A stretch of DNA of 63,310 bases, filler included. It is 6 parts of 6 records of this genome, joined end to end, with 100 filler letters (N's around TTAATTAATTAA, not from the genome) between each part and the next. Parts side by side here need not be neighbours in the genome. Positions count along the whole stretch, not along the records: positions 1 to 9,324 come from SRR31156797_7464; positions 9,425 to 18,564 come from SRR31156797_7466; 4 more parts are not named here. One strand, 5' to 3'. How positions within the stretch are numbered: the stretch's first letter is position 1; each line of letters opens with the position of its first letter. The notes below the pieces were generated by a model that made no database searches, was not told the DNA's origin, and worked only from the letters and a program-made list of their open reading frames with translations. The translations under genes and the position numbers were made by a program. This document shows, piece by piece, positions 1-9,452 of the stretch.

Positions 1-160
1 GAAGTGGACTATTAGAATTAGACTATGGGATCAAATAAAAAGTGAACTATCCATTTTACGTGAATAGCTCACTATAAGTTTTACTTCTGCGGTTGTGCTT
101 TTAAACAAGATTATTTACAGTCCCATATTTTCCATCATTAGTTGGGATTTTGCTTTTATA

Positions 161-850
161 TTAATTGTTCCATATTTTTAGAACTTCAATTCTTGCTCCC
201 CTAGGGTTATCGCAGTGTTCGCCATTCCCATATGAAAAGTCCTTCAGGGTTTCACACGGCATATTTTTGCACTGTCCGCAGTGAGTATTGCCTTTACTCA
301 TGCTGCACGTTGCTACAGGGCATTCACCCCAGAATGGTCTGCCTTTTTGCGCAAGACACCCTTTGCAGTTATGGCTTGTTTTGAAATCGCATGTGTCACA
401 CATCAGACCACACATTGATTGTACTTTTTTTATCTCATCTATTGATAATTTGACTACCTGACTGTTTATCCAGAGAGAAAGTCTCTTGCTTATAAATTGA
501 ATTACGCAATACTCCTTGTCGTACACTCCCTTAGGATAGTGGTTAATAAACCAATCCTGCCACATCTTTTTCTTTACCTCAATATCCTCCACAATAACTG
601 CATCGCCTATCATAGTGATATTTGAGTTTTCCTTTTGCACACAAATACTCATTCTAGTATCTTTTTTTATAGTATGAGCAAGATTACCGCTAAGATTTGT
701 ACTTATAAAAGAAGTGAATATATTACGCGGAGTACAAAATGATCTTGTGGCAACATGAGGATAGTTATCCTCTCCTATTGTCGCTACATAGCATTCACTA
801 GAGCTGGCGATAGCTTCATTTGACATTGATATAATTTCTGGTAGTTTCAT
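161..850 (-). CDS. Pyridoxamine 5'-phosphate oxidase-like (FMN split-barrel) domain fused to a C-terminal Cys-rich DUF3795-like domain
   Basis: N-terminal general-stress/PNPOx-like motif (KKKMWQDWFINHYPKGVYDKEYCVIQF); C-terminal CGLMCDTC..CKGC..CPVATC..HCGQCKNMPC; AGGAGG RBS upstream. Confidence 0.8.
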   Translation of the reverse strand: MKLPEIISMSNEAIASSSECYVATIGEDNYPHVATRSFCTPRNIFTSFISTNLSGNLAHTIKKDTRMSICVQKENSNITMIGDAVIVEDIEVKKKMWQDWFINHYPKGVYDKEYCVIQFISKRLSLWINSQVVKLSIDEIKKVQSMCGLMCDTCDFKTSHNCKGCLAQKGRPFWGECPVATCSMSKGNTHCGQCKNMPCETLKDFSYGNGEHCDNPRGARIEVLKIWNN

Positions 851-873
851 TAATTACCTCCTGTTTTTTTTAT

Positions 874-909
874 ATTATAACTAGAGGAACACGTCATCTA
901 TATGTCATG
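874..909 (-). promoter_or_regulatory. Putative promoter (-10 TATAAT) with candidate WYL-regulator operator
   Basis: Minus strand reads CATGACA-tataga-TGACGTG (imperfect inverted repeat overlapping the WYL stop codon), then TATAAT at 879-874, then the RBS of the next gene. Confidence 0.45.
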
Positions 910-1806
910 TTTATCATATTTATCTAGATTACCTTTAGAAATATCGATTAATTTATCTATTAATGTCTGAGGCTTAATAACTTCCACCATATCCCCAAAA
1001 CCTAATACCCAACGAAGCATAAAATCGAAGTTGGTAAAATCTCGCTCAAATAAAAGTCTTCCATCTTGCATTTCTTGGTAGCAATTGTTTCCGTACTGTT
1101 CCACCAACAGGTACTTTATATCAAAATGAAATATAGCTCTTAGCTTATAATTCTCAGAAAAAATATTATCTAGTTTCTCTTCATTGATACTTTTACACAA
1201 ACAACAATCATAAATAATATCAGTCTCTTGTAAATCCCACAACCTATTTAGTTTATATATTCTATAATCATTTTTCTTTATACTATATCCATATAGATAC
1301 CAAGCATCCCATTTGTAGACCACATTGCATGGAGTGACTAATTTCTCTGATTCGCCATTCTTACTATAGTAAGTAAACTTTAAAGCATGCGTATTATCAT
1401 AACCTTCTTTTATAATACTTATTTTTCTGGCAATACTATCCTTATAAAATGAACCTAACTCAATCTTTATAATTTCATCTTTGACATTTGGTACAGAGAT
1501 TTTATCAATTAAATTTCTTTCTGTTTTTGTATCGCTTATGCTTCTAAGGGCATTCAGTCCAGTAATAATACTAGATAATTCATTATTTGTATAAATACTA
1601 TTATCTATCTTGTACCCATCTAGTATTGATATGCCTCCATTAGCTCCCTGACGAGTCGCTATTGGAATACCTGCTTTACAAAGTGTTTCTATATCTCTGT
1701 TAATAGTTCTTTTTGAAACTTCAAAATAATCTGCCAGATAAGGAGCAGTTACTTTCTCTTTTTTTAATAGAATTACCAAAATTCCCAGTAGTCTGTCAAT
1801 CTTCAT
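898..1806 (-). CDS. YafY-family HTH-WYL-WCX transcriptional regulator
   Basis: N-terminal wHTH (LADYFEVSKRTINRDIETL...GANGG), WYL motif (AWYLYGY...YRIYKLNRL), C-terminal WVLGFGDMVEVIKP. Confidence 0.93.
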   Translation of the reverse strand: MKIDRLLGILVILLKKEKVTAPYLADYFEVSKRTINRDIETLCKAGIPIATRQGANGGISILDGYKIDNSIYTNNELSSIITGLNALRSISDTKTERNLIDKISVPNVKDEIIKIELGSFYKDSIARKISIIKEGYDNTHALKFTYYSKNGESEKLVTPCNVVYKWDAWYLYGYSIKKNDYRIYKLNRLWDLQETDIIYDCCLCKSINEEKLDNIFSENYKLRAIFHFDIKYLLVEQYGNNCYQEMQDGRLLFERDFTNFDFMLRWVLGFGDMVEVIKPQTLIDKLIDISKGNLDKYDKHDI

Positions 1807-1886
1807 AGCATCGCCTCAAAGCATTATTCCGCTGTATTGATAAAAAGCTCTATGCGAGTACATAAAGCTTCTCAAATATATAAAAA

Positions 1887-2531
1887 TTATTTGTCGTCAA
1901 TAATATCTAATATTTTGTCTACATCATCAATGACAATCTGATTGGTGCTTTCTAACATTTGTACTGACTGATGACCGTTTGTCAACAGAACACAGTCACA
2001 GCCAATTTCTTTTGCAACAGCTGCATCATGGTCAGTATCACCAACAAAGAGTAACTCTCCCGTATTGCAATCAATCTGCCCTAAATGTGTAGGTATCAGA
2101 TGCATCTTACTATTTGCATAATCATCATCAAGCCCTGTTATGAAGTCAAAATATTCATAAAGGTAAAGATTCCTCAATTGGTATTCTACATCAACTTTTT
2201 TTCCTGCTGTTAATATTGATTGACGAATGCCCAGCCTCTGTACTTCTTGAAGGATATTTGCAACACCATTTCTTGGAGTACACTCCCCTACCTTTTCGCC
2301 ATAAGCTAGAACATAATACTCCGCTAATTCCTCAAAACTATTTAATCTAAAATCAAATCCTGCCCGTATATAGTAATCCTTTATTGGAAATCCAAAAATA
2401 TCTCTATAGCTTACAATATCATGAGGCTTTTTATTCTGTGTTGACAGCATAGTATTGAGAATATCATGGCACAGCTCTACATCATCCAATATTGTACCGT
2501 TATAATCCCATATTATGTGTTTATATTTCAA
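1887..2531 (-). CDS. HAD-family hydrolase (phosphoglycolate phosphatase-like)
   Basis: Motif I WDYNGT and motif IV FVGDTDHD. Confidence 0.9.
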   Translation of the reverse strand: MKYKHIIWDYNGTILDDVELCHDILNTMLSTQNKKPHDIVSYRDIFGFPIKDYYIRAGFDFRLNSFEELAEYYVLAYGEKVGECTPRNGVANILQEVQRLGIRQSILTAGKKVDVEYQLRNLYLYEYFDFITGLDDDYANSKMHLIPTHLGQIDCNTGELLFVGDTDHDAAVAKEIGCDCVLLTNGHQSVQMLESTNQIVIDDVDKILDIIDDK

Positions 2532-2536
2532 TATAT

Positions 2537-2992
2537 TTATTCACTTTCTTCAAATTTAATTAACTCCACATTACCTTTTTGTAGTATTTCCAGTGCAAAA
2601 TCATCAGGATATTCATTTAAATACCAAACCTTTTTTATACCTGCATTTACTATCATCTTTGAGCAGATGACACAAGGCTGATGAGTACAATACAACGTTG
2701 CCCCCATAAGTGATAATCCAATTCTAGCGGCCTGCAAAATAGCATTCTGTTCAGCATGGATTGCATAGCATAGTTCTGCCCTTGTACCAGAGGGTACATC
2801 CATCTTTCTTCTTAAACATTCACCTTTTTCCATACAGGATTCAATGCCTGATGGCGCACCATTATAACCGGTGGTCATAATTCTTTTATCCTTAACAATA
2901 ATTGCACCGACTTTTCTATTGCTTTGGTAGCAGCTTGACCATGTGGAAATCAATCTGGCCATCTCCATAAACCTCTTATCCCATTTATCCAT
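2537..2992 (-). CDS. Deoxycytidylate (dCMP) deaminase family protein
   Basis: TGYNGAP, HAEQNA and PCVIC zinc-deaminase motifs. Confidence 0.92.
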   Translation of the reverse strand: MDKWDKRFMEMARLISTWSSCYQSNRKVGAIIVKDKRIMTTGYNGAPSGIESCMEKGECLRRKMDVPSGTRAELCYAIHAEQNAILQAARIGLSLMGATLYCTHQPCVICSKMIVNAGIKKVWYLNEYPDDFALEILQKGNVELIKFEESE

Positions 2993-3037
2993 ATTTAAGC
3001 CTTTCCTTATTTAATGTGTAATTGTATCACAAAATAG

Positions 3038-3517
3038 CTATTTATGATAAGTTTCATTATTAATAATTTTATATCCTCTGTATATCTGCTCCAGCAGCAT
3101 CATCCTAATCATCTGATGAGGAAATGTAGCCTTACCAAAAGCAATTATTATATTTGCTCTTTTTCTGATAGTATCATTTAGTCCTAGAGAACCACCTATT
3201 ACAAAAGTCATATTCTTTCCCTTATTGCGATTTTGACCAATCACTTGAGACAATTTCTCACTAGTGATGTTATCACCTCGGATATCCAATGCTATAACCA
3301 AATCATCAGCTTTTATTTTGTTTAGTATCATACTGCATTCTTCATCTACTATTTTTCCCTTTATTATATCTCCTGCTTTATCTGGAATACTGATATCTTT
3401 TAATTCTATTATATTCAATTTACAGTAACGTCCAAGCCTCTTGATATATTCATTGCAGCTATCCTGAAAAAATCTCTCTTTTAGCTTTCCAACGCACACT
3501 ATCGTAACTTTGCTCAT
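3038..3517 (-). CDS. rlmH: 23S rRNA (pseudouridine1915-N3)-methyltransferase
   Basis: VGKLKE, FVIGGSLG, TFPHQMIRMMLLEQIYRG, C-terminal YHK. Confidence 0.97.
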   Translation of the reverse strand: MSKVTIVCVGKLKERFFQDSCNEYIKRLGRYCKLNIIELKDISIPDKAGDIIKGKIVDEECSMILNKIKADDLVIALDIRGDNITSEKLSQVIGQNRNKGKNMTFVIGGSLGLNDTIRKRANIIIAFGKATFPHQMIRMMLLEQIYRGYKIINNETYHK

Positions 3518-3994
3518 ATATTACACTAACTTCCTTTACCAGTATTATTATACTATAAGCGGAGGTTCAACGAAAGTTATTTTCCTATTGTCATAGTCTA
3601 TATATAGTTCTATTATTATGATATCTTCTTCGCCGATTACACAGATTATAGCTTTTATGCTCTTATCTTATAATGTGTCCATCAAATTCTTCGCTCATAA
3701 TTCCAGATAATTTTGAACAAAATCACTTCCCTTTTATACATTAAGCATTGATACAACCTCCAAGTTGAATACTTCTTACAATCTTTGTTTCACTAGTTTA
3801 TGTCAATAAAAATATTGAAGATTTCCAATAATTCCACAAAATAAACTTACAATTGCAGCTTTATCACCTTTTTACAGTCTTTTTAGCTAAATCACAAATT
3901 CATCCAATACTTATTTCAAACTATTATTTAACAATTCATTCTAGAAAGCGTAAATATTCTGTAATATAAATAAACTCTATTAAATCCACAATAT

Positions 3995-4023
3995 AGTATA
4001 AAAATTCAGTATAAAAATTCAGT
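3995..4023 (+). repeat. 13-bp tandem duplication (AGTATAAAAATTC x2) just upstream of a promoter
   Basis: agtataaaaattc agtataaaaattc agt read directly. Confidence 0.85.
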
Positions 4024-4026
4024 TAA

Positions 4027-4055
4027 TTGCTACCATATATATTCTATGGTATAAT
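4027..4055 (+). promoter_or_regulatory. Sigma-A/70 promoter with extended -10
   Basis: TTGCTA-17 nt-TATAAT, with TGn immediately before the -10. Confidence 0.6.
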
Positions 4056-4102
4056 ACCTTTGCTTATTATACAAAGAACATAAAATTAATCAGGGGTTAC
4101 AA

Positions 4103-5602
4103 TTGAAAAAAACACTAGATTTTATAAACAAGAATGCAAGTAAGATAATTTTAGTACTATGCATTGTATTTTTTATTGCACTGCTAATACCATTATTACA
4201 AATATCTGAATATAATCAGCCATCCAGAGATGATTATAATTTTGGATATTATCTGTATAAGTCACACGGCTCATTCGGAGAGATATTATCATCAGCTTAC
4301 AAAGGTGCACAGCATACGTTCAACAATTGGCAGGGGCTTTTTGTAGTTAACTTCATGTTAGCATTAGTTCCATCGGCTATAAAAACTCACTATTATGTAC
4401 TTACTGCATACATTGGAATTTTATTTCTTGTATTATCTACTTGGTTTTTTGCAAGACAACTATTATACAAAGTATTAAGATTCAAATTGATTAACTACAG
4501 AATAGTATTGTTAATAATTCTGATTATAAATATACAATTGCTGCCTTCAGCTGTCCAAGGCTTTTATTGGTATCCTGCAGTTGTAACATATACAGTCCCA
4601 TACAGCTTTATGATGGTTTTATTCGGCTTAATTTCATCTAGTATACACAGCAAAAAGAATTTAGCACTAAAATGGATTTCAACCCTTTTTGTATCAATAT
4701 TAATCAGCGGATGCAATTATATCACAGTATTGACTTCTATGATTGTTTTAATTTTGTATCTGCTGTATACAATTTTTATACAAAAGAAATTATCTAAACT
4801 TGTCCTTTTTTCGTTTATTATTATGCTTCCAGGCTTTGTAATAAGCGTGCTGGCACCAGGTAATGCTCTCCGTCAAGTCAATGAAATGAATATGTCTGCC
4901 ATAGGTGCAATACTAATTTCATTCCCTGCTGCTGCACGAAGTATCTTTAATCTAGTATTTAGAATGCCTTTCTTTATTAGTATATTAGCATTGATTCCTT
5001 TCATTTATATTTCTGTTAAAGAAAGCACTATAAATCTCAAATACAAATACCCAATTATTGTGCTGATTCTTAGCTTCTGCCTATATGCAAGCACATTTAC
5101 ACCAACATATTATGCCATGTATGGCACAGGTCTCGGACGCATTGAGAATATTCGCATGTTTACACTGGTTTGGTTAATAGTACTTAATTTGTATTATTTC
5201 TTTGGTTGGCTGAAAAGCATTACAAATAAAAGTGCTGCATACAGCAAAATAAGTAAAGAAAAATTAGATATTTATTATTCAGACATTAGCAATAAGCTTA
5301 AGCCATTAATTCTTTTAGTAATAATAACTTTTATACTAGGTTCTTTTTACGTAGCGGATATTGATGATATTGCTGGGATTTCAGCTGTGAACTCACTAAT
5401 AAATGGTGAAGCTATTCAATATGAAAAAGAGCACATGCAGCGTGAGGAACTATATCTTTCAGATGAAAAAAATATCATAATTGAACCATTGACAGTTCAT
5501 CCAAATGTTCTATTCTTCTGGGATGTATCTGATGGTGTTTCAGGCGATAGCAATCCTAGCATAGAGCAGTACTATGATAAAGATAGCGTAATTCTAAAGT
5601 AA
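4103..5602 (+). CDS. Polytopic membrane protein, DUF6056-like (possible GT-C-type glycosyltransferase)
   Basis: Many TM segments, DDY motif in the first loop, QGFYWYPA and LAPGN motifs; TTG start. Confidence 0.6.
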   Translation: MKKTLDFINKNASKIILVLCIVFFIALLIPLLQISEYNQPSRDDYNFGYYLYKSHGSFGEILSSAYKGAQHTFNNWQGLFVVNFMLALVPSAIKTHYYVLTAYIGILFLVLSTWFFARQLLYKVLRFKLINYRIVLLIILIINIQLLPSAVQGFYWYPAVVTYTVPYSFMMVLFGLISSSIHSKKNLALKWISTLFVSILISGCNYITVLTSMIVLILYLLYTIFIQKKLSKLVLFSFIIMLPGFVISVLAPGNALRQVNEMNMSAIGAILISFPAAARSIFNLVFRMPFFISILALIPFIYISVKESTINLKYKYPIIVLILSFCLYASTFTPTYYAMYGTGLGRIENIRMFTLVWLIVLNLYYFFGWLKSITNKSAAYSKISKEKLDIYYSDISNKLKPLILLVIITFILGSFYVADIDDIAGISAVNSLINGEAIQYEKEHMQREELYLSDEKNIIIEPLTVHPNVLFFWDVSDGVSGDSNPSIEQYYDKDSVILK

Positions 5603-5619
5603 ATAACAAATGCATCTAT

Positions 5620-5651
5620 AAAGAGTTATGGTAAGTTCATAACTCTTTTTC
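5620..5651. terminator. Bidirectional intrinsic terminator
   Basis: AAAGAGTTATG-loop-CATAACTCTTT between convergent genes. Confidence 0.75.
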
Positions 5652-5670
5652 AATGAAAAATAAATATCCT

Positions 5671-6462
5671 CTATCCTAAATCAGTAAGCGCAAAGCTCTC
5701 AGCTTCGCCTAAATCATAAAACTGTATATCTGATGGTTTTTCAAACAATTCAGGATTAGTACTATCTAATATCTCAACACTTGTAACGTTATACATGTAT
5801 TCTTTGCCCTCAGGTGTATTAATAATATATTTCATCATAATGCTATATATTTCAGAATACCAGAAAACTAAATGTCCGCCCTCATACTCCAGCTCACCAT
5901 AAATAACATCCCAGTCATTTAGTTTTGTTCGCTCCAGATTAACAACATTGTGAGACTGATCAATAAGTAAAGTGTGATACTGCCATTCATTTAAAAGAGG
6001 AAAATATGTATACTCACCTCCAAGGCTCTTATCCATCATATACATAAATGCCGTATCATCCTTTAGTCTAAACACAACCACAGCTCCCTCTGTGCCCTCT
6101 ATTGGTACAAAACAGCGTAAATAATCTGGCGTCATGTATAGACTCATGTGTGCAGTTACTCCATCACCAGTAATTTCATATTCGAAGTGAAGATTCTTGT
6201 CGTATGTCAGGAAAATATTCTCAGTTATTATATTAGAAAACTGATTAATGTCAATATTTTCATTTTTAGTTGTTGTATCATTCTCACTGACTTCAGTGTT
6301 CTCATTTTTTGATTCTTCACTCTTATTTTGAGTGTTAGGATTCTCTGTTTCTTCACTTGATTCTTCTATGTTTTTGTCGTCATTAACTACATTCTCATTT
6401 TTACACGATAGTGCAAATAAGCACATAATTAATGTCATTACTAGCACGATAGTTCTTTTCAT
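5671..6462 (-). CDS. Hypothetical lipoprotein
   Basis: AAGGAG RBS, MKRTIVLV...ALSC lipobox, acidic/Asn-rich linker, beta-rich C-terminal domain. Confidence 0.75.
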   Translation of the reverse strand: MKRTIVLVMTLIMCLFALSCKNENVVNDDKNIEESSEETENPNTQNKSEESKNENTEVSENDTTTKNENIDINQFSNIITENIFLTYDKNLHFEYEITGDGVTAHMSLYMTPDYLRCFVPIEGTEGAVVVFRLKDDTAFMYMMDKSLGGEYTYFPLLNEWQYHTLLIDQSHNVVNLERTKLNDWDVIYGELEYEGGHLVFWYSEIYSIMMKYIINTPEGKEYMYNVTSVEILDSTNPELFEKPSDIQFYDLGEAESFALTDLG

Positions 6463-7033
6463 GTTTAACTCCTTCTGTTTATAACCAAAACACAAAATTA
6501 TAATCTCAATTATTCTAATGTTATAATATTACATTTTTATAATATTATTGTTTGATTTACAAGTTACTATATTGATGTAAATATGCTGTAAATTTATATT
6601 TTCATAAACTTCATATTCAACTATCAGTAATCAATCTTAGAACTTTATAAACATTATGAAAATCCATATCGCTAATATACTAAAAATAAACATTTATATA
6701 AACAATATATTATTTGAAAAACTATCATACGAATTCATCAGCAAAAGAACAAACTTCCTACCAGCCTGGACGTTCCTATAACTATTTGAATGATTATCAT
6801 AGCCTAAATCATAATAAAGAGTGTTACTCTGGTACTTCTGTACTTTCACTTATCTGTACATTTTTTGCAATCTGTTCTATAGCATTTATTAAGTACAATG
6901 TATAGATATCTCAGAAACATATGTATACCAATTATGTCCTGTAAACATAATAGTTTAATTGACTTATTTTCAATTTTTAATGTAGACACATTGTCAAAAA
7001 GCTAATAAAGTTTTTATTTGCTATCAACTACAT

Positions 7034-7684
7034 TTATAGCTTTGAGTCCAGTAAACCCTCTAGCAGTTTTGTAGTACTATCAATAAAACTATTCATTTCT
7101 TCCATTGATAAGTATATGTACTCTCTATCTAAATCCTCAGATGGATTTTGGTAGTACTGAGTAATATATTTTATTTGCCTCATTATTGCTCCCTTTGGGT
7201 AATATGGTAAATAATCTGGGAAATCCTCTATATGCTGAAATATCGTAAAAAAGATACAGTCCGGGTTTTCTCTAAAATATAAATGATCTAAATCATACCA
7301 ATCCTCCTTTATTACCCATATGAATTTACTATCTTCTTTGACTGGCTCGTAATTTACATCATGTTCCTTTTTGTTTAGATATAGTTTACTAAATTCAATA
7401 TCAGTTATTAAATGTACATAATATCCTAGTAAAAAAGATTTCTCTTTCTCGTCATCAACATGTTCGCTTAAATATGCGGAATAAAACTTTTCTGCATCAA
7501 TATTCTTTTTTCCTTTTTTACTCCAATGAGATACTTCAGTTGGAGGGTCAAATTCGCTCCAATCCTCATTAGGCATTCCACAGTCAGGTCCAATATTCCC
7601 TACCAAAAAACTCTCTTTATCTAGAGTATAGTCCTTTTTTAGTATTTCTTCAGCTATTCTAATGTGCAGCCCCCAAGTTGCCAT
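7034..7684 (-). CDS. Zinc-dependent phospholipase C-like protein
   Basis: MATWGLH N-terminus, GNIGPD, LGYYVHLITD metal-binding motifs. Confidence 0.8.
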   Translation of the reverse strand: MATWGLHIRIAEEILKKDYTLDKESFLVGNIGPDCGMPNEDWSEFDPPTEVSHWSKKGKKNIDAEKFYSAYLSEHVDDEKEKSFLLGYYVHLITDIEFSKLYLNKKEHDVNYEPVKEDSKFIWVIKEDWYDLDHLYFRENPDCIFFTIFQHIEDFPDYLPYYPKGAIMRQIKYITQYYQNPSEDLDREYIYLSMEEMNSFIDSTTKLLEGLLDSKL

Positions 7685-7885
7685 ACAAAATCTCTCTTCC
7701 TTTAACTAGTTAACACTAATCTAAGTATTGCTTTATAGTATCTATTTACGTTTGTTTTACTATACCATTATATACTTAATTAAACAACCTGCTCCAGATG
7801 TAATATTACTTCAATACACCATAGGTATTATTGCAAAATAATATATTAAATTAAATCTAGATTGTTTTCAGACTTAGTAATTAAA

Positions 7886-7914
7886 CACAATATACTTCAT
7901 AATTACATATCATA
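7886..7914 (+). promoter_or_regulatory. Putative sigma-K (late mother-cell sporulation) promoter
   Basis: CACA (7886-7889), 16 nt, CATATCATA (7906-7914) fits mACm-N16-CATAnnnTA. Confidence 0.55.
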
Positions 7915-7938
7915 TAATAAACAATAGGAGGAAATGCT

Positions 7939-8298
7939 TTGAATAATTATATAAACACGAATCAAATTGATAGAATAATAAGACCTTTTGTAGAAAAATA
8001 TATTGATAATAAGTATCCAAATAACACCCTTTATGAAATGCCAAGTAATGATGAATTGATAAACTTGTCAAATGATATGACAAAACAACTACTGATAAAG
8101 TATCCTGAATTTGAGCAAGCACTGCTTCAAAACATTGATGATGAAGTCCAAGTATCATATTTAGGATGCGGTGGATATCTGCTGTGGGGATTATTAATAG
8201 GTTCAATTTACTGTAGATGCAACAGATGCAGGTGCGGTAGAAACTGTAGATGCAGATGCGGTAGAAATTGCAGATGCGGTTACGGGTGTAGACGTTAG
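7939..8298 (+). CDS. Small protein with Cys/Arg/Gly-rich repetitive C-terminus; putative spore coat/exosporium protein
   Basis: AGGAGG RBS and TTG start; tail YCRCNRCRCGRNCRCRCGRNCRCGYGCRR; sigma-K-like promoter and downstream hairpin. Confidence 0.65.
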   Translation: MNNYINTNQIDRIIRPFVEKYIDNKYPNNTLYEMPSNDELINLSNDMTKQLLIKYPEFEQALLQNIDDEVQVSYLGCGGYLLWGLLIGSIYCRCNRCRCGRNCRCRCGRNCRCGYGCRR

Positions 8299-8356
8299 AT
8301 AAATACACTAACCCTTAACATCCTGCATAATTATCATACACCGCTGAACAAAAGAT

Positions 8357-8384
8357 AAAGCCTTGACACTTAGTCTTGGCTTTA
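8357..8384 (+). terminator. Probable terminator after the Cys-rich gene
   Basis: TAAAGCC..GAC-loop-GTC..GGCTTTA imperfect hairpin. Confidence 0.5.
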
Positions 8385-8568
8385 ATATGATATTATTGTT
8401 CTTTATTATTACATAGCAATTTTCAATACAAACATGATACTATACTCTTTAGCAACATAGCGTTACTTATGTCTATATAACCCATATTCATTTATTGTAC
8501 AATGCATGAATCTATATGTGAAATATTTAAATACAAGCACTATTTCAAATTGCATTACTGGAGGAAAA

Positions 8569-9057
8569 ATGAACACTATACAATTACGACACTTTCAATC
8601 TATTGATTTACCATTTATCAAAGATATGCTCTATGAAGCGGTATTCTGGCGTAAAAGCGATAACACGCCAGCTTTTGATGAAGCAATGGAGTATCCAGAA
8701 ATAATAAAAGCTTTGAAAGACTGGGGAGAAAGAGATGGAGACACCGCAGTTATTGCAACTATTAATTCCATACCGGTTGGTGCCGCATGGTATAGATACT
8801 GGGAAGATAAAAACATACGTGGATATATTAATGAAAACATTCCCGTGTTAGCAATTGGAGTTCATAGAGATCACCGTCATAAGGGAATAGGTAAAAAAAT
8901 GATGGAATGGCTTATTAACTATGCTTTTAATCATTCAATTGATAAAATCAGTCTTGCTGTATCAAAGGACAACCATGCAATCAACTTATATAGACAAAAG
9001 GGGTTCAGAGAATACGAAGATAAAGGTGATTGGTTTATAATGGTGCGAGATATGTGA
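8569..9057 (+). CDS. GNAT family N-acetyltransferase
   Basis: HRHKGIGKKMM acetyl-CoA motif, NHAINLYRQKGF; GGAGG RBS favours ATG at 8569. Confidence 0.9.
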   Translation: MNTIQLRHFQSIDLPFIKDMLYEAVFWRKSDNTPAFDEAMEYPEIIKALKDWGERDGDTAVIATINSIPVGAAWYRYWEDKNIRGYINENIPVLAIGVHRDHRHKGIGKKMMEWLINYAFNHSIDKISLAVSKDNHAINLYRQKGFREYEDKGDWFIMVRDM

Positions 9058-9121
9058 GTTGTGAATTGTTAATTCCATATTATCTACATAATATAGAAAC
9101 TCTGTAATTCCTACCATTAAA

Positions 9122-9178
9122 AGGGCACTGAAAAAGTCGCTATACTTTTTGTTAGTATAGCGACTTTTTCAGTGCCCT
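9122..9178. repeat. Perfect 25-bp inverted repeat (terminator or IS-end-derived miniature element)
   Basis: AGGGCACTGAAAAAGTCGCTATACT-7 nt-AGTATAGCGACTTTTTCAGTGCCCT. Confidence 0.9.
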
Positions 9179-9244
9179 CTGTTTAAAGGCTTTATGTACT
9201 TAGTATACAAAAAAGATACAAAGCATATTACCGTGCATATGAAA

Positions 9245-9272
9245 ATCGCAATCCACTAAAATGAATTGCGAT
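9245..9272 (-). terminator. Hairpin downstream of the tRNA
   Basis: ATCGCAAT...ATTGCGAT inverted repeat. Confidence 0.55.
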
Positions 9273-9294
9273 ATTGGGTCCAGCATCATGCTGG

Positions 9295-9324
9295 TGGCAG
9301 AGAGGAAGGGATTTGAACCCTCGG
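9295..9324 (-). tRNA. tRNA 3' fragment, probably tRNA-Ser (truncated by contig end)
   Basis: Minus strand CCGAGGGTTCAAATCCCTTCCTCTCTGCCA gives T-arm, acceptor strand, discriminator G and CCA; anticodon not in window. Confidence 0.8.
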
Positions 9325-9424
9325 NNNNNNNNNNNNNNNNNNNNNNNNNNNNNNNNNNNNNNNNNNNNTTAATTAATTAANNNNNNNNNNNNNNNNNNNN
9401 NNNNNNNNNNNNNNNNNNNNNNNN
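9325..9424. other. Artificial contig spacer
   Basis: N-run containing TTAATTAATTAA. Confidence 0.99.
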
Positions 9425-9452
9425 CTGAAACTTGAAACCTGAAACTTGAAAC
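9425..9452 (+). repeat. Heptamer tandem repeat (Y)TGAAAC x4
   Basis: ctgaaac ttgaaac ctgaaac ttgaaac, truncated at the contig edge. Confidence 0.85.

Noticed and set aside
2993..3060. rlmH 3' end as an SCCmec-like integration site
   Set aside because: Housekeeping genes follow directly; no recombinase or att duplication is visible.
3550..3720. Possible decayed ORF on the minus strand upstream of rlmH (..DKSIKAIICVIGEEDIIIIELYIDY..)
   Set aside because: Short, interrupted by a stop, no recognisable family.
3985..4045. NrdR-box-like CACAATATAG near a dCMP deaminase operon
   Set aside because: Only a half match in very AT-rich DNA and far from the deaminase gene.
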